The notes below the pieces were generated by a model. The model saw only the letters and a list, made by a program, of their open reading frames with translations. It searched no databases and had not been told where the DNA came from. A stretch of DNA of 64,000 bases, from assembly GCA_039034015.1 (NCBI GenBank), contig JBCCBM010000007.1:91289-155288 (forward strand). The letters are read 5' to 3'. This DNA is from Pseudomonadota bacterium. GTDB lineage: Bacteria > Pseudomonadota > Alphaproteobacteria > Rhizobiales > Amorphaceae. Shown here in pieces: positions 48,455-56,513 of the stretch (position 1 is the stretch's first letter; each line of letters opens with the position of its first letter). Made by a program: the position numbers and the translations under genes.

Positions 48455-49243
48455 ATGTCGAAATCGATGACCCTATGGGCCCTCACCAGCTTCTCCCTCC
48501 TCATCTTGTCCTTGCCGACGGTTGTGGTGGTGGGCGCCTCGTTCACCGCGGGTGAGATCATCGCCTTCCCGCCGGACGGGTTTTCACTCCGCTGGTATTC
48601 TGAGATGTGGGCGCTGCCGTCCTTCAAGGCCGCCCTTTGGCGCACGCTTTATGTGAGCCTTATCTGCACCATCATCGCGATCCCCGCGGGGACGCTGGCC
48701 GCCATCGCGCTCGCCAAGGCGCGGTTTCGCTTCCGCACCACCATCCAGGTTTACCTGTTGCTCCCCTTCACAATCCCGCTGGTGGTCTCCGGCATTGCGA
48801 TGATGCTGATCTTTGGCGAGATCCGCATTCTGGGCAACTTGTGGCCCGTCGGCCTTGCGCTGTGCGTGATCAACCTTCCCTTCATGATCTGGGCGGTGGC
48901 CGCCAGCGTGAACGCCCTTGACCCTGAACTCGAAAACGCGGCCCAAAGCTGCGGCGCGCGGCCGCTTGCCGCCTTCTTCACCGTCACGCTGCCGGCGGTG
49001 GCGCCGGGGGTGATCACGGGCGCGCTGTTGATGTTCATCCTCGCATTCAACGAGTTTTTGGTGTCGCTCTTCCTCACCGACAGCCGCACCGTGACGCTGC
49101 CGGTTCAGATCTTCAACTCCATCCGCAGCGTCATCACGCCCGACCTTGCGGCGGTGTCCGTGCTTTACATTGCCATCGCGCTGGTGACGGTGATCGTGCT
49201 TGACCGCCTCGTCGGCCTCGACATTTTTCTGAAATCGAAGTGA
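48455..49243 (+). CDS. ABC permease, PotC-like
   Basis: FPPDGFSLRWY, ELENAAQSCGARP, FILAFNEF, TLPVQIF. Confidence 0.93.
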   Translation: MSKSMTLWALTSFSLLILSLPTVVVVGASFTAGEIIAFPPDGFSLRWYSEMWALPSFKAALWRTLYVSLICTIIAIPAGTLAAIALAKARFRFRTTIQVYLLLPFTIPLVVSGIAMMLIFGEIRILGNLWPVGLALCVINLPFMIWAVAASVNALDPELENAAQSCGARPLAAFFTVTLPAVAPGVITGALLMFILAFNEFLVSLFLTDSRTVTLPVQIFNSIRSVITPDLAAVSVLYIAIALVTVIVLDRLVGLDIFLKSK

Positions 49244-49250
49244 GCCTTCC

Positions 49251-50582
49251 GTGAGCCCAACGCCCCCCATCACCGTCCACGTCTTGAAGGATCTGTCGCC
49301 CGACCAACGCGAAAAACTGCTGGAACGGGCGGAGGTGGGCCTTGACCATTTTATCGACAAGGTCGGCCCCATCATCGAGGCGGTGGCGACCGAGGGGGAC
49401 GCCGCCCTCGCCCGCTTTGCCCAAGAGTTTGACAAGTCGCCGGTGGCCGCCAACGCCATTGCCGCCACCCCGGCCGACTTTGACGCCGCCTTCGCCACCG
49501 TCGAGCCAGAAATGATCAAGGTGCTCGAGATGGCGGCCGACAATGTGCGCCGCTTTCACGAAGCGCAGATGCCGCAAGAGTTTTGGCTCAAAGAAATGTC
49601 CCCCGGCGTTTACTGCGGCGAGCGGGCAAGCCCGATCCCCTCTGTCGCCTGCTATGTGCCGCGCGGGAAGGGCTCGTTCCCGTCCGTCGTCAACATGACG
49701 GCGATCCCCGCTGTCGTCGCAGGTGTCCCCCAGCCGATCATCGTCACCCCGCCCGGCCCTGACGGCAAAGTGGACGCCGCAACGCTGGTTGCCGCTCGCA
49801 TTGCCGGCGTCGAAGAGGTTTTTAAGTGCGGCGGCGCCCAGGCCGTTGCGGCCGTTGCCTATGGCACCGAGACCGTGCCCCGCTGCGCCAAGATCGTCGG
49901 CCCCGGCTCCCCCTGGGTGGTGGCCGCCAAGCGCATGCTCTCCGGCCGGATCGACCCCGGCCCCCCCGCCGGCCCCTCCGAGGCGATCGTGCTCGCCGAT
50001 GAGACCGCGAACCCAAAGGTTGCCGCCCTCGACCTTCTCAACGAGAGCGAACACGGGCCCGACAGTTCCGCCTATCTCGTCACCAATTCCCGCGCGGTCG
50101 CCGAGGGCGTCCTTGCCGCCATCCCCGGCTACTGGGCGCACATGGGTGACGAGCGCACCGGTTTTAGCCACACCGTGCTCACCGGCGCGCGCGGCGGCAT
50201 CGTCATCTGCGACACGATGGACCAGGCGATCGCTTTCACCAACGATTACGCCCCCGAACACCTCCAGGTGCACGCCAAAAGCCCGTTCGATTACCTCGGC
50301 GCCCTAAAACACGCCGGCGAGATCCTGCTTGGCGAGCATTCCGCCATTTGCCTCGGCAACTACGCGCTTGGCCCCAACGCTGTGTTGCCCACCAACGGCG
50401 CGGCGACCACGCGCTCCCCCCTCGGCGTGCACGACTATCTGAAGCTCACGTCCGTCGCCCACGTCACCAAGCGCGGCTACGATCGCCTGGCGCCCAGCGT
50501 CCACCGCTTTGCCCAGTATGAAGGGTTTGACGCCCATGCCAACGCCGTCTCCCCGCTGCGGGACAAAGCGTTTTCGGAGTGA
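49251..50582 (+). CDS. histidinol dehydrogenase-like protein (divergent HisD paralog)
   Basis: [35 protein letters not shown]. The LLNESEH and [13 protein letters not shown] motifs differ from canonical HisD. Confidence 0.9.
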   Translation: MSPTPPITVHVLKDLSPDQREKLLERAEVGLDHFIDKVGPIIEAVATEGDAALARFAQEFDKSPVAANAIAATPADFDAAFATVEPEMIKVLEMAADNVRRFHEAQMPQEFWLKEMSPGVYCGERASPIPSVACYVPRGKGSFPSVVNMTAIPAVVAGVPQPIIVTPPGPDGKVDAATLVAARIAGVEEVFKCGGAQAVAAVAYGTETVPRCAKIVGPGSPWVVAAKRMLSGRIDPGPPAGPSEAIVLADETANPKVAALDLLNESEHGPDSSAYLVTNSRAVAEGVLAAIPGYWAHMGDERTGFSHTVLTGARGGIVICDTMDQAIAFTNDYAPEHLQVHAKSPFDYLGALKHAGEILLGEHSAICLGNYALGPNAVLPTNGAATTRSPLGVHDYLKLTSVAHVTKRGYDRLAPSVHRFAQYEGFDAHANAVSPLRDKAFSE

Positions 50583-50992
50583 TTTCAGAGCTTTGCGAAC
50601 CCGACCCGGCGGCGATCAACGCAATCGCCGCCCTCTGGCGCGCCTGCGACCTCACCCGCCCCTGGAACGACCCCCACGCCGACATTTTTCGCGCCATCGC
50701 CCACCCCACGGCCGCGCTCCTCATCGCGCGCGACCCGGAGATTGTCGGCACAGTCATGGTGGGTGACGACGGCCACCGCGGCGCGATCTATTATCTCGCC
50801 GTCGCTCCCACCCACCAGCGAACAGGCCTCGGCCGAGATTTGCTGAGCGCCGCCGAGGATCACCTCAAAACCAACGGCTGCCCAAAACTAAACCTGGTAA
50901 TCCGCGCCGAAAACACGGCGGTTGCCGCCTTCTACAAGGCGTGCGGCTACGCCCAAGAGGACCGCATGATGATGGCCAAGAGGCTCATGTGA
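50579..50992 (+). CDS. GNAT acetyltransferase (YpeA-like)
   Basis: LTRPWNDP..DI, GTVMVGDDGHRG.IYYLAV.P..QR.GLG, CPKLNL. GTGA overlap with the HisD-like gene. Confidence 0.9.
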   Translation: MISELCEPDPAAINAIAALWRACDLTRPWNDPHADIFRAIAHPTAALLIARDPEIVGTVMVGDDGHRGAIYYLAVAPTHQRTGLGRDLLSAAEDHLKTNGCPKLNLVIRAENTAVAAFYKACGYAQEDRMMMAKRLM

Positions 50993-51020
50993 GCCCCCTT
51001 TTGCAGCAACCGCCGCTGTA

Positions 51021-51171
51021 GTCTGATCGCCGGAGCCGTCGTCGCTTCCCCTGATCAGCGCCGCCGTCAGATGGTGTCAAGGGGCCCGAAGGGCCAGCGA
51101 AGCTGCTTGCCCTTGATGCCATCTGGCGGGGGTGCCAGGGGCAAAAGCGACGTCGGCTCCGGCGATCAGAC
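51021..51171. repeat. 151-bp nested palindromic element (REP/MITE-like)
   Basis: Outer arms 51021-51047 / 51145-51171 match 26/27. Inner arms 51068-51083 / 51110-51125 match 14/16, the other two being G-U. Confidence 0.85.
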
Positions 51172-51225
51172 GGCCCTGATTGCTGGTGAGTTTGAGCCCG
51201 CCGGAGGCCCGCGCGTCCCACAGCT

Positions 51226-51975
51226 TCAGGCGGCGGCCAGCTTCTCCATCACCTCATCACTCATCTCATAGTTGGCAAAGACGTTCTGCACATCGTCATC
51301 GTCTTCCAACACATCGATGAGCTTCATGAGCGTCGCGCCCTTGTCCTCATCGATGGGCGTCCCGTTCTGCGGCCGCCACACAATTCGAACCGCGGCGGGT
51401 TCGCCAAGCGCCGCAGTCAGCGCCCCGGACACCTCCGCCACATCCGTAAAGCCGCACGTGATGACGTGGGTCTCCTCATCGGACACCACATCATCAGCCC
51501 CTCCTTCGATCGCCGCTTCCATCACCGCATCGGCGTCCGCAGCATCGGCGGGGTACTCAATTTCTCCGACACGGTCGAACATGAAGGAGACGGAGCCCGT
51601 TTCGCCGAGCGCCCCGCCGTGTTTGGAGAAGGCAGCGCGCACAACGCCGGCGGTGCGGTTGCGGTTGTCGGTGAGGGCCTCCACGAGGACGGCGACGCCA
51701 CCGGGACCATACCCCTCGTAGCGCACCTCTTCGTAGTTGGCGTCATCGTCGCCGGCGGCCTTTTTGATGGCGCGCTCGATGTTGTCTTTGGGCACCGATT
51801 GCGCCTTTGCGGCGTTTATAGCGAGGCGCAGGCGCGGGTTCATGTCGGGGTCGGGCGTGCCCATTTTGGCCGCCACCGTGATCTCGCGCGACAGTTTTGA
51901 GAACAGCTTTGACCGCTTGGCGTCCTGCGCGCCCTTGCGATGCATGATGTTCTTGAATTTGGAATGCCCGGCCAT
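51226..51975 (-). CDS. yebC: YebC/PmpR-family protein
   Basis: [56 protein letters not shown]. Confidence 0.96.
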   Translation of the reverse strand: MAGHSKFKNIMHRKGAQDAKRSKLFSKLSREITVAAKMGTPDPDMNPRLRLAINAAKAQSVPKDNIERAIKKAAGDDDANYEEVRYEGYGPGGVAVLVEALTDNRNRTAGVVRAAFSKHGGALGETGSVSFMFDRVGEIEYPADAADADAVMEAAIEGGADDVVSDEETHVITCGFTDVAEVSGALTAALGEPAAVRIVWRPQNGTPIDEDKGATLMKLIDVLEDDDDVQNVFANYEMSDEVMEKLAAA

Positions 51976-52044
51976 CACCCTCTCCTCTTGCCATCGAGAT
52001 AAAGGTTGGCCGGCGCGAAGGGAAGCGCCGCGGGTGATCGCAGC

Positions 52045-52305
52045 TCAGTGCAGCGTCACATAACCCCCGCCCAGGGCGTCCGGCGCGGTGAGGCAGGCGA
52101 ACACGGCAAGCCAGAAGCCGCCCTCCTGGTCGTCCCCGTCGCGCTGGGCTTCCACGGCGCGGGTCATGGCCTCAAGGGCCGCGCTGGTGCCGTAAAAGAC
52201 GTCAAGATCGGCGGCTGCCTCTTGAACGGTCACGTCGCGGCGCCAGTCCACGGCATCGAAGAAATTTTGCATCTCACGGGCGAAATTAGCCAGTTCACTT
52301 GCCAT
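52045..52305 (-). CDS. small acidic helical protein (86 aa)
   Basis: Protein-like helical sequence ending A.EAQRDGDQEGGFWLAVF. Host-like codon usage, fills the yebC-luxR gap. Confidence 0.65.
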   Translation of the reverse strand: MASELANFAREMQNFFDAVDWRRDVTVQEAAADLDVFYGTSAALEAMTRAVEAQRDGDDQEGGFWLAVFACLTAPDALGGGYVTLH

Positions 52306-52377
52306 CACACTGTTCCGTCAATTCGACCTGTGGTTAAGTCACTGCGACTATAGATCGAACGATCGGGCTGTGGCACC

Positions 52378-52393
52378 TCCCCCATATGGGGGA
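52378..52393. promoter_or_regulatory. perfect 16-bp palindrome, candidate operator
   Basis: TCCCCCATATGGGGGA between the small ORF and luxR. Confidence 0.55.
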
Positions 52394-52427
52394 ACCCATG
52401 GGCGAGATTGGCGACTGGGGACACACC

Positions 52428-53216
52428 ATGACACCGCGCGATGATGCCGGTGCCGTGCCGCTTTTGCGCGCGGCCCTCGACGAGCCGAAAACCGGCGACA
52501 AAGTTGTCAGAAGCGCGCTCGACGCGGTCATCGCGGCCGATGGCATGGAGCGCGCCGTGGTCACGGTGCGCGATGCCTTCCAGCTGAAACACGTGAGTTA
52601 TCTCGCCGCTCGCTACGGCGCCTCGCCCGAGCGCGACCCTTACGTGCGCTCCACCTATCCGGCGCTCTGGATGGCGCGCTACCTGATGAAGCGCTACTGG
52701 CGTGTGGACCCCATCATCACCGAGGGGTTTCGCCGGGCCGCCCCGTTCGACTGGGCCACCATCGACCGCTCAACGCCGCGCATCGCAGAGTTTTTCGACG
52801 ATGCGGCCCGCTTCAAGGTGGGCCAAAACGGCATGTGCGTGCCGCTCACCGATCGGTCCGGCCGGCGGGGCATCCTGTCACTCTCCAGCGACCTGGAGGG
52901 GAACGCGTGGACGGACTACGCCGCCGCGTTTTTGAAGGATTTCATTGAGGTGGGCGCCGCGCTTCACGCCCGCGGCCTGAAAGAGGTGTTTGGCGACGCA
53001 AAAGCACCGCCCCGCCTGTCGCCGCGCGAAAAAGAGGTTCTGCGGTGGACGGCGGAGGGCAAAGAGGTGCCCGACATTGCCATCATCACCAGCCTCTCGG
53101 AGCACACAGTGCGCACCTACATCAAATCCGCGCGCTTAAAACTCGACTGTGGGACGAAGGCGCAGGCGGCCGTGAAGGCCGAGCGCCTCAACCTCCTCAA
53201 CGAGGACGAGGCGTAG
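52428..53216 (+). CDS. LuxR-family AHL receptor
   Basis: Autoinducer domain YP..W...Y....Y...DP...PFDW, HTH LSPREKEVLRWTAEGK...IA....LSEHTV. Confidence 0.95.
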   Translation: MTPRDDAGAVPLLRAALDEPKTGDKVVRSALDAVIAADGMERAVVTVRDAFQLKHVSYLAARYGASPERDPYVRSTYPALWMARYLMKRYWRVDPIITEGFRRAAPFDWATIDRSTPRIAEFFDDAARFKVGQNGMCVPLTDRSGRRGILSLSSDLEGNAWTDYAAAFLKDFIEVGAALHARGLKEVFGDAKAPPRLSPREKEVLRWTAEGKEVPDIAIITSLSEHTVRTYIKSARLKLDCGTKAQAAVKAERLNLLNEDEA

Positions 53217-53280
53217 CAAAACACCATCGCGGCCGACGCGCGGGCAAAGTGCGCGGCAAGGATTGCATCGGGCCCCAACA

Positions 53281-53922
53281 TCACGCCGCCTCTTTGAGCG
53301 CGCCCGGCAGAGGCGGCGACACCAAAAGCGACCCAGAGACTCCAAGGCGCGCCCGTGCGTCGGCCAAGATCTCTTCCGTGCAGGCCGTCATCCCAAGGTG
53401 GACGGGGACGGAGAAGGCCTCGGACGTGCCCAGAATGTCGAAGTGGACGCCCATCACGCGCCACATGCGCCGGCGCAGGGGGTCAAAGTTGGCCAGATAC
53501 GCGTCAACGCCGGCCGAGAGGCCAAATTCCAGGGCCGCCACGTGGAGGCCGCGCAGGATGGTGAGCCGTTCCTTGTCGCGGCCGTGGGCGCGGATCTTCT
53601 CATCATCAATGCAAAGGCGCGTCACCTCCCACACGAAGGGCGAGGCAAAGTCGATGTCCGGCACGGTCTCGCCGAACACATCGGCCAGAAGGGTTGGCCC
53701 ATTGGTGGGCATCAGACGGCCGCAGGCAAGGAGTTCGGTGCCCGTCGCATTCGTGTGCATCACATAGACAGGGTTGTGCGCGTCGTAAACATCGCGCTCA
53801 TGGTCGCCGACGGTCTCTACCCAGTTGAGTTCGTCGCCAAACACTTTTTGGCGCAGGCGAAACATTTGATCGGAGAGTTCCGGATAGCGATGAAGTTCAC
53901 TGCCATGGATGAGGAAGTACAT
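53281..53922 (-). CDS. LuxI-family acyl-homoserine-lactone synthase
   Basis: MFRLRQKVF...LNW, ERDVYD, GRLMPT.GPTLL, WEVTRLC. Confidence 0.95.
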   Translation of the reverse strand: MYFLIHGSELHRYPELSDQMFRLRQKVFGDELNWVETVGDHERDVYDAHNPVYVMHTNATGTELLACGRLMPTNGPTLLADVFGETVPDIDFASPFVWEVTRLCIDDEKIRAHGRDKERLTILRGLHVAALEFGLSAGVDAYLANFDPLRRRMWRVMGVHFDILGTSEAFSVPVHLGMTACTEEILADARARLGVSGSLLVSPPLPGALKEAA

Positions 53923-53927
53923 GGGGG

Positions 53928-53957
53928 ATCACCTTCGATATTTGTTATGAAGGTGAT
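53928..53957 (-). promoter_or_regulatory. hairpin sequestering the luxI ribosome-binding site
   Basis: The mRNA reads AUCACCUUC-N12-GAAGGUGAU-CCCCC-AUG, a perfect 9-bp stem covering the SD. Confidence 0.7.
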
Positions 53958-54071
53958 ACTAGGGCGCACTTACATGGCGAGGGTTGTGCAAAATCTTGGC
54001 GTTAATGTCCCCGTGCGCCCGCCCGCTGTGGGCGAAGGGCGCGGCTTTATCCCCGCCGTCCCCCGGGGATA

Positions 54072-54908
54072 TCAGGGGGCGGGCGCCGTTTCCCAACGGG
54101 TGGGGAGGGTCTCTTCAAGCTCACCGCCGCAGCGGATCGGCGCAATAAAGTGCGCAAGGCCTGTGCGATCGTCGGTCTCCACCGCAACGCCGGACAACGT
54201 GGCGGGGCCGGTGGCGGGGCCAATCCTGTGGCCGGGCACACGCTCAATCATGCGGCGCACCGGCTCGGCCTTGTCCATGCCGATCACGCTGTCATAGGCG
54301 CCGCACATCCCAAGATCGGTGATGAAGGCCGTGCCGCCCGGCAAAATCCGGTGGTCGGCGGTGGGCACATGGGTGTGCGTCCCCACCACCAGCGAGACGC
54401 GCCCGTCCAGCATGTGGCCAAACACCTGCTTTTCGCTGGTCGCCTCCGCGTGCACGTCGACAATTGCGGCGTCCACCTCGCTCCCCAGCGCATGGTGTTC
54501 GAGCGCTGCCTCCAAAAGGCGCACCGGATCGTCGAGCGGTTCCATGAAGGTGCGGCCCATGAGGTTGGCGACGAAAACGCGCTTGCCGGTCCGGGTCGTG
54601 AACATTGCCGCGCCTTGGCCGGGCGTTCCGGGGGGGAAGTTGATGGGGCGCAACAGCTGCGGGTGACGCTCGATAAACACAAGGGCGTCCCGCTGGTCCC
54701 ACACGTGGTTGCCGGTGGTGATGCAGTCGACGCCAGCGTCCAGAAAATCGTTCACAATGTCTTCGGAGATGCCGAAGCCGCCGGCCGCATTCTCGCCGTT
54801 CACAACCACGAAGTCGGGGGAAAACCGCTCAATCAGGCGTGGCAAACGGGTGAGAAGCACCGTGCGGCCGGTGCGGCCCACAACGTCGCCCAGAACAATC
54901 AGGCGCAC
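54072..54908 (-). CDS. TIGR00282/YmdB-family metallophosphoesterase
   Basis: GDVVGR.GR, VNGENAAGGFG, TTGNHVWD, DVHAEATSEK, GTHTHVPTAD, TDLGMCG. AAGGAGG RBS. Confidence 0.95.
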   Translation of the reverse strand: MRLIVLGDVVGRTGRTVLLTRLPRLIERFSPDFVVVNGENAAGGFGISEDIVNDFLDAGVDCITTGNHVWDQRDALVFIERHPQLLRPINFPPGTPGQGAAMFTTRTGKRVFVANLMGRTFMEPLDDPVRLLEAALEHHALGSEVDAAIVDVHAEATSEKQVFGHMLDGRVSLVVGTHTHVPTADHRILPGGTAFITDLGMCGAYDSVIGMDKAEPVRRMIERVPGHRIGPATGPATLSGVAVETDDRTGLAHFIAPIRCGGELEETLPTRWETAPAP

Positions 54909-55423
54909 GCACCCTCCTTGCATTGAATGAATTCGGCCTCGGTGGCCACCGCCTCAAGCGGCACGTCGTGCGCCTCCACGGGCAACGACGGCACCTCCTG
55001 CGCGGCATAGGCCACCCCGATGGGCACCCCACCGTGGGCGCTGAGATAGCGGTCATAATGCCCAGCGCCATACCCCAGCCGCGCCCCACCCCGCGTGAAC
55101 GCCAAAAGCGGCACCAAAAGGACATCCGGCCGCACCATCGGCCCCGTGGGCTCCAAAATGCCAAAGGCGCCTTCGGTGAGCGGCTCACCCGGCCGCCAGG
55201 CGCGAAACTCCATGATCGGCCCCTCCGTCACCGGGAGCGCAACCGTTTCGCCGCGCGACAGCGCAAGGGGGAGGGGGTCAATCTCGTTGCGGATGGGGCG
55301 ATAGGCGGCGATGAGGCCGGGTGGCAACCGGTCCGCGTGGCGGGCGAGGCGGTCGGCAGTGTCTCCCGGCTCGATGGCGGCGCGAACCGCCTTCATGGTG
55401 GCGCGCAGCTCCGCCTTGGTCAC
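54899..55423 (-). CDS. 5-formyltetrahydrofolate cyclo-ligase
   Basis: KAELR, YRPIRNEIDP, GAFGILEP, PDVLLVPLLAF...RLGYGAGHYDR, PVEAHDVPL. GTGA overlap with the upstream gene. Confidence 0.92.
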   Translation of the reverse strand: MTKAELRATMKAVRAAIEPGDTADRLARHADRLPPGLIAAYRPIRNEIDPLPLALSRGETVALPVTEGPIMEFRAWRPGEPLTEGAFGILEPTGPMVRPDVLLVPLLAFTRGGARLGYGAGHYDRYLSAHGGVPIGVAYAAQEVPSLPVEAHDVPLEAVATEAEFIQCKEGACA

Positions 55424-56451
55424 AAAAGGCGGCCGTCGATGGCCACCGGCGTGCCATCGAGCGCGATGGTGCAGCCCATCATGGGCAGGTCGAAATGGCC
55501 TTCGGTGAAGCGGCCTGCAAACTCGTTGGCGCCGGTGGAGAAGAGAAAATTGCCGGGGACGGCGCGCAGCTCCGTGCCGTTGGTGTCCTTGCGGTCCACC
55601 ATGGTGAGCGCGTCCCAGCGGGCCTCTCGGTTGAGGCCCCAGCCCACATGGCTGACGGCGCGGGCGGCGGGGTCGTTCCATGCATCCCATGTGTCGCGCA
55701 TCAGTTTTGCGTCGACCCCCTCGCCCTCCACCGCCACCACATGGTCATCCGCGAGCGTGAGCGTGACGGGCGCCTCGATGTAGCGCTTGTAGGTGAGGTT
55801 CATGTCGCCGGGCGACAGCACCAGCCGGCCCGACACCGTCCCCGCGCGCGGGAAGGAGACCACAATGCCGCCCGGCCAGTGGGCCAGCGTCCCCGGCCGG
55901 TCCGTCCAGCCCCAAACGCCAACCGTCGCCGCCCCGCCCATGTCGACGGAAAGGTCGGACCCGGCGGCGGACGTCACGGTCATGCGCGACGCCTCCCGCG
56001 CCTTGCGCGCGCCGGCCCGCACGGCCTCTTTGAGGGCCGGGTCGGGGGAGAAGCGGGCCAAAATGTCGGGATGCTCGTCCGAGATGACTTGGATCCGCGT
56101 GCCGGCCTTCAAGATCTCGGCCGTTTGCGGCGCGTGCATCAAACCCTCAAGGGTGAGGTCGATCACAACGTCGGCGGCCTTCAGTGCCTCGACCAGGGGC
56201 GGGGCGCCGGTCAGCACCTGCGAGGCGCCCGTGGAGCGCACAATCATCGCCCCCATTTTTGGGGTCTGCGCCACCAGGTGGAAGGGTTTTGCGCCGATCT
56301 GAGCGAGCGCCAGGGTGGCGGTCTCCACATTGATGGGGCGGGAGCCGGTTTCGGACAGCACCGCCACCGTCTCCTCGGGGCGGATGGCGCATGCCTCGAA
56401 CAGGGCCACAAGGCCCGCCACATGGTGCCCCTCGATGCGCGCGCCGTGCAT
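55420..56451 (-). CDS. NicX-like (M29-fold) non-heme iron dioxygenase homolog
   Basis: [20 protein letters not shown]...[19 protein letters not shown] parallel the 2,5-dihydroxypyridine dioxygenase family. Confidence 0.78.
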   Translation of the reverse strand: MHGARIEGHHVAGLVALFEACAIRPEETVAVLSETGSRPINVETATLALAQIGAKPFHLVAQTPKMGAMIVRSTGASQVLTGAPPLVEALKAADVVIDLTLEGLMHAPQTAEILKAGTRIQVISDEHPDILARFSPDPALKEAVRAGARKAREASRMTVTSAAGSDLSVDMGGAATVGVWGWTDRPGTLAHWPGGIVVSFPRAGTVSGRLVLSPGDMNLTYKRYIEAPVTLTLADDHVVAVEGEGVDAKLMRDTWDAWNDPAARAVSHVGWGLNREARWDALTMVDRKDTNGTELRAVPGNFLFSTGANEFAGRFTEGHFDLPMMGCTIALDGTPVAIDGRLL

Positions 56452-56513
56452 CCTCTTCCCTTCGGTCAAAAGCTTCGCCAGAACGGGGTGGTATCAGACG
56501 CGAAGGGCTTTGC

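Noticed and set aside
49251-50582. Calling this gene hisD or hpsN
   Set aside because: Zn and substrate residues differ from HisD, HpsN-type motifs and a TRAP transporter are absent, and there is no his context.
53958-54071. Canonical lux box upstream of luxI
   Set aside because: I found no convincing 18-20-bp dyad. The only strong repeat is the SD-covering hairpin.
55424-55520. 6S RNA expected upstream of the cyclo-ligase
   Set aside because: That position is occupied by the overlapping NicX-like CDS, leaving no room for it.
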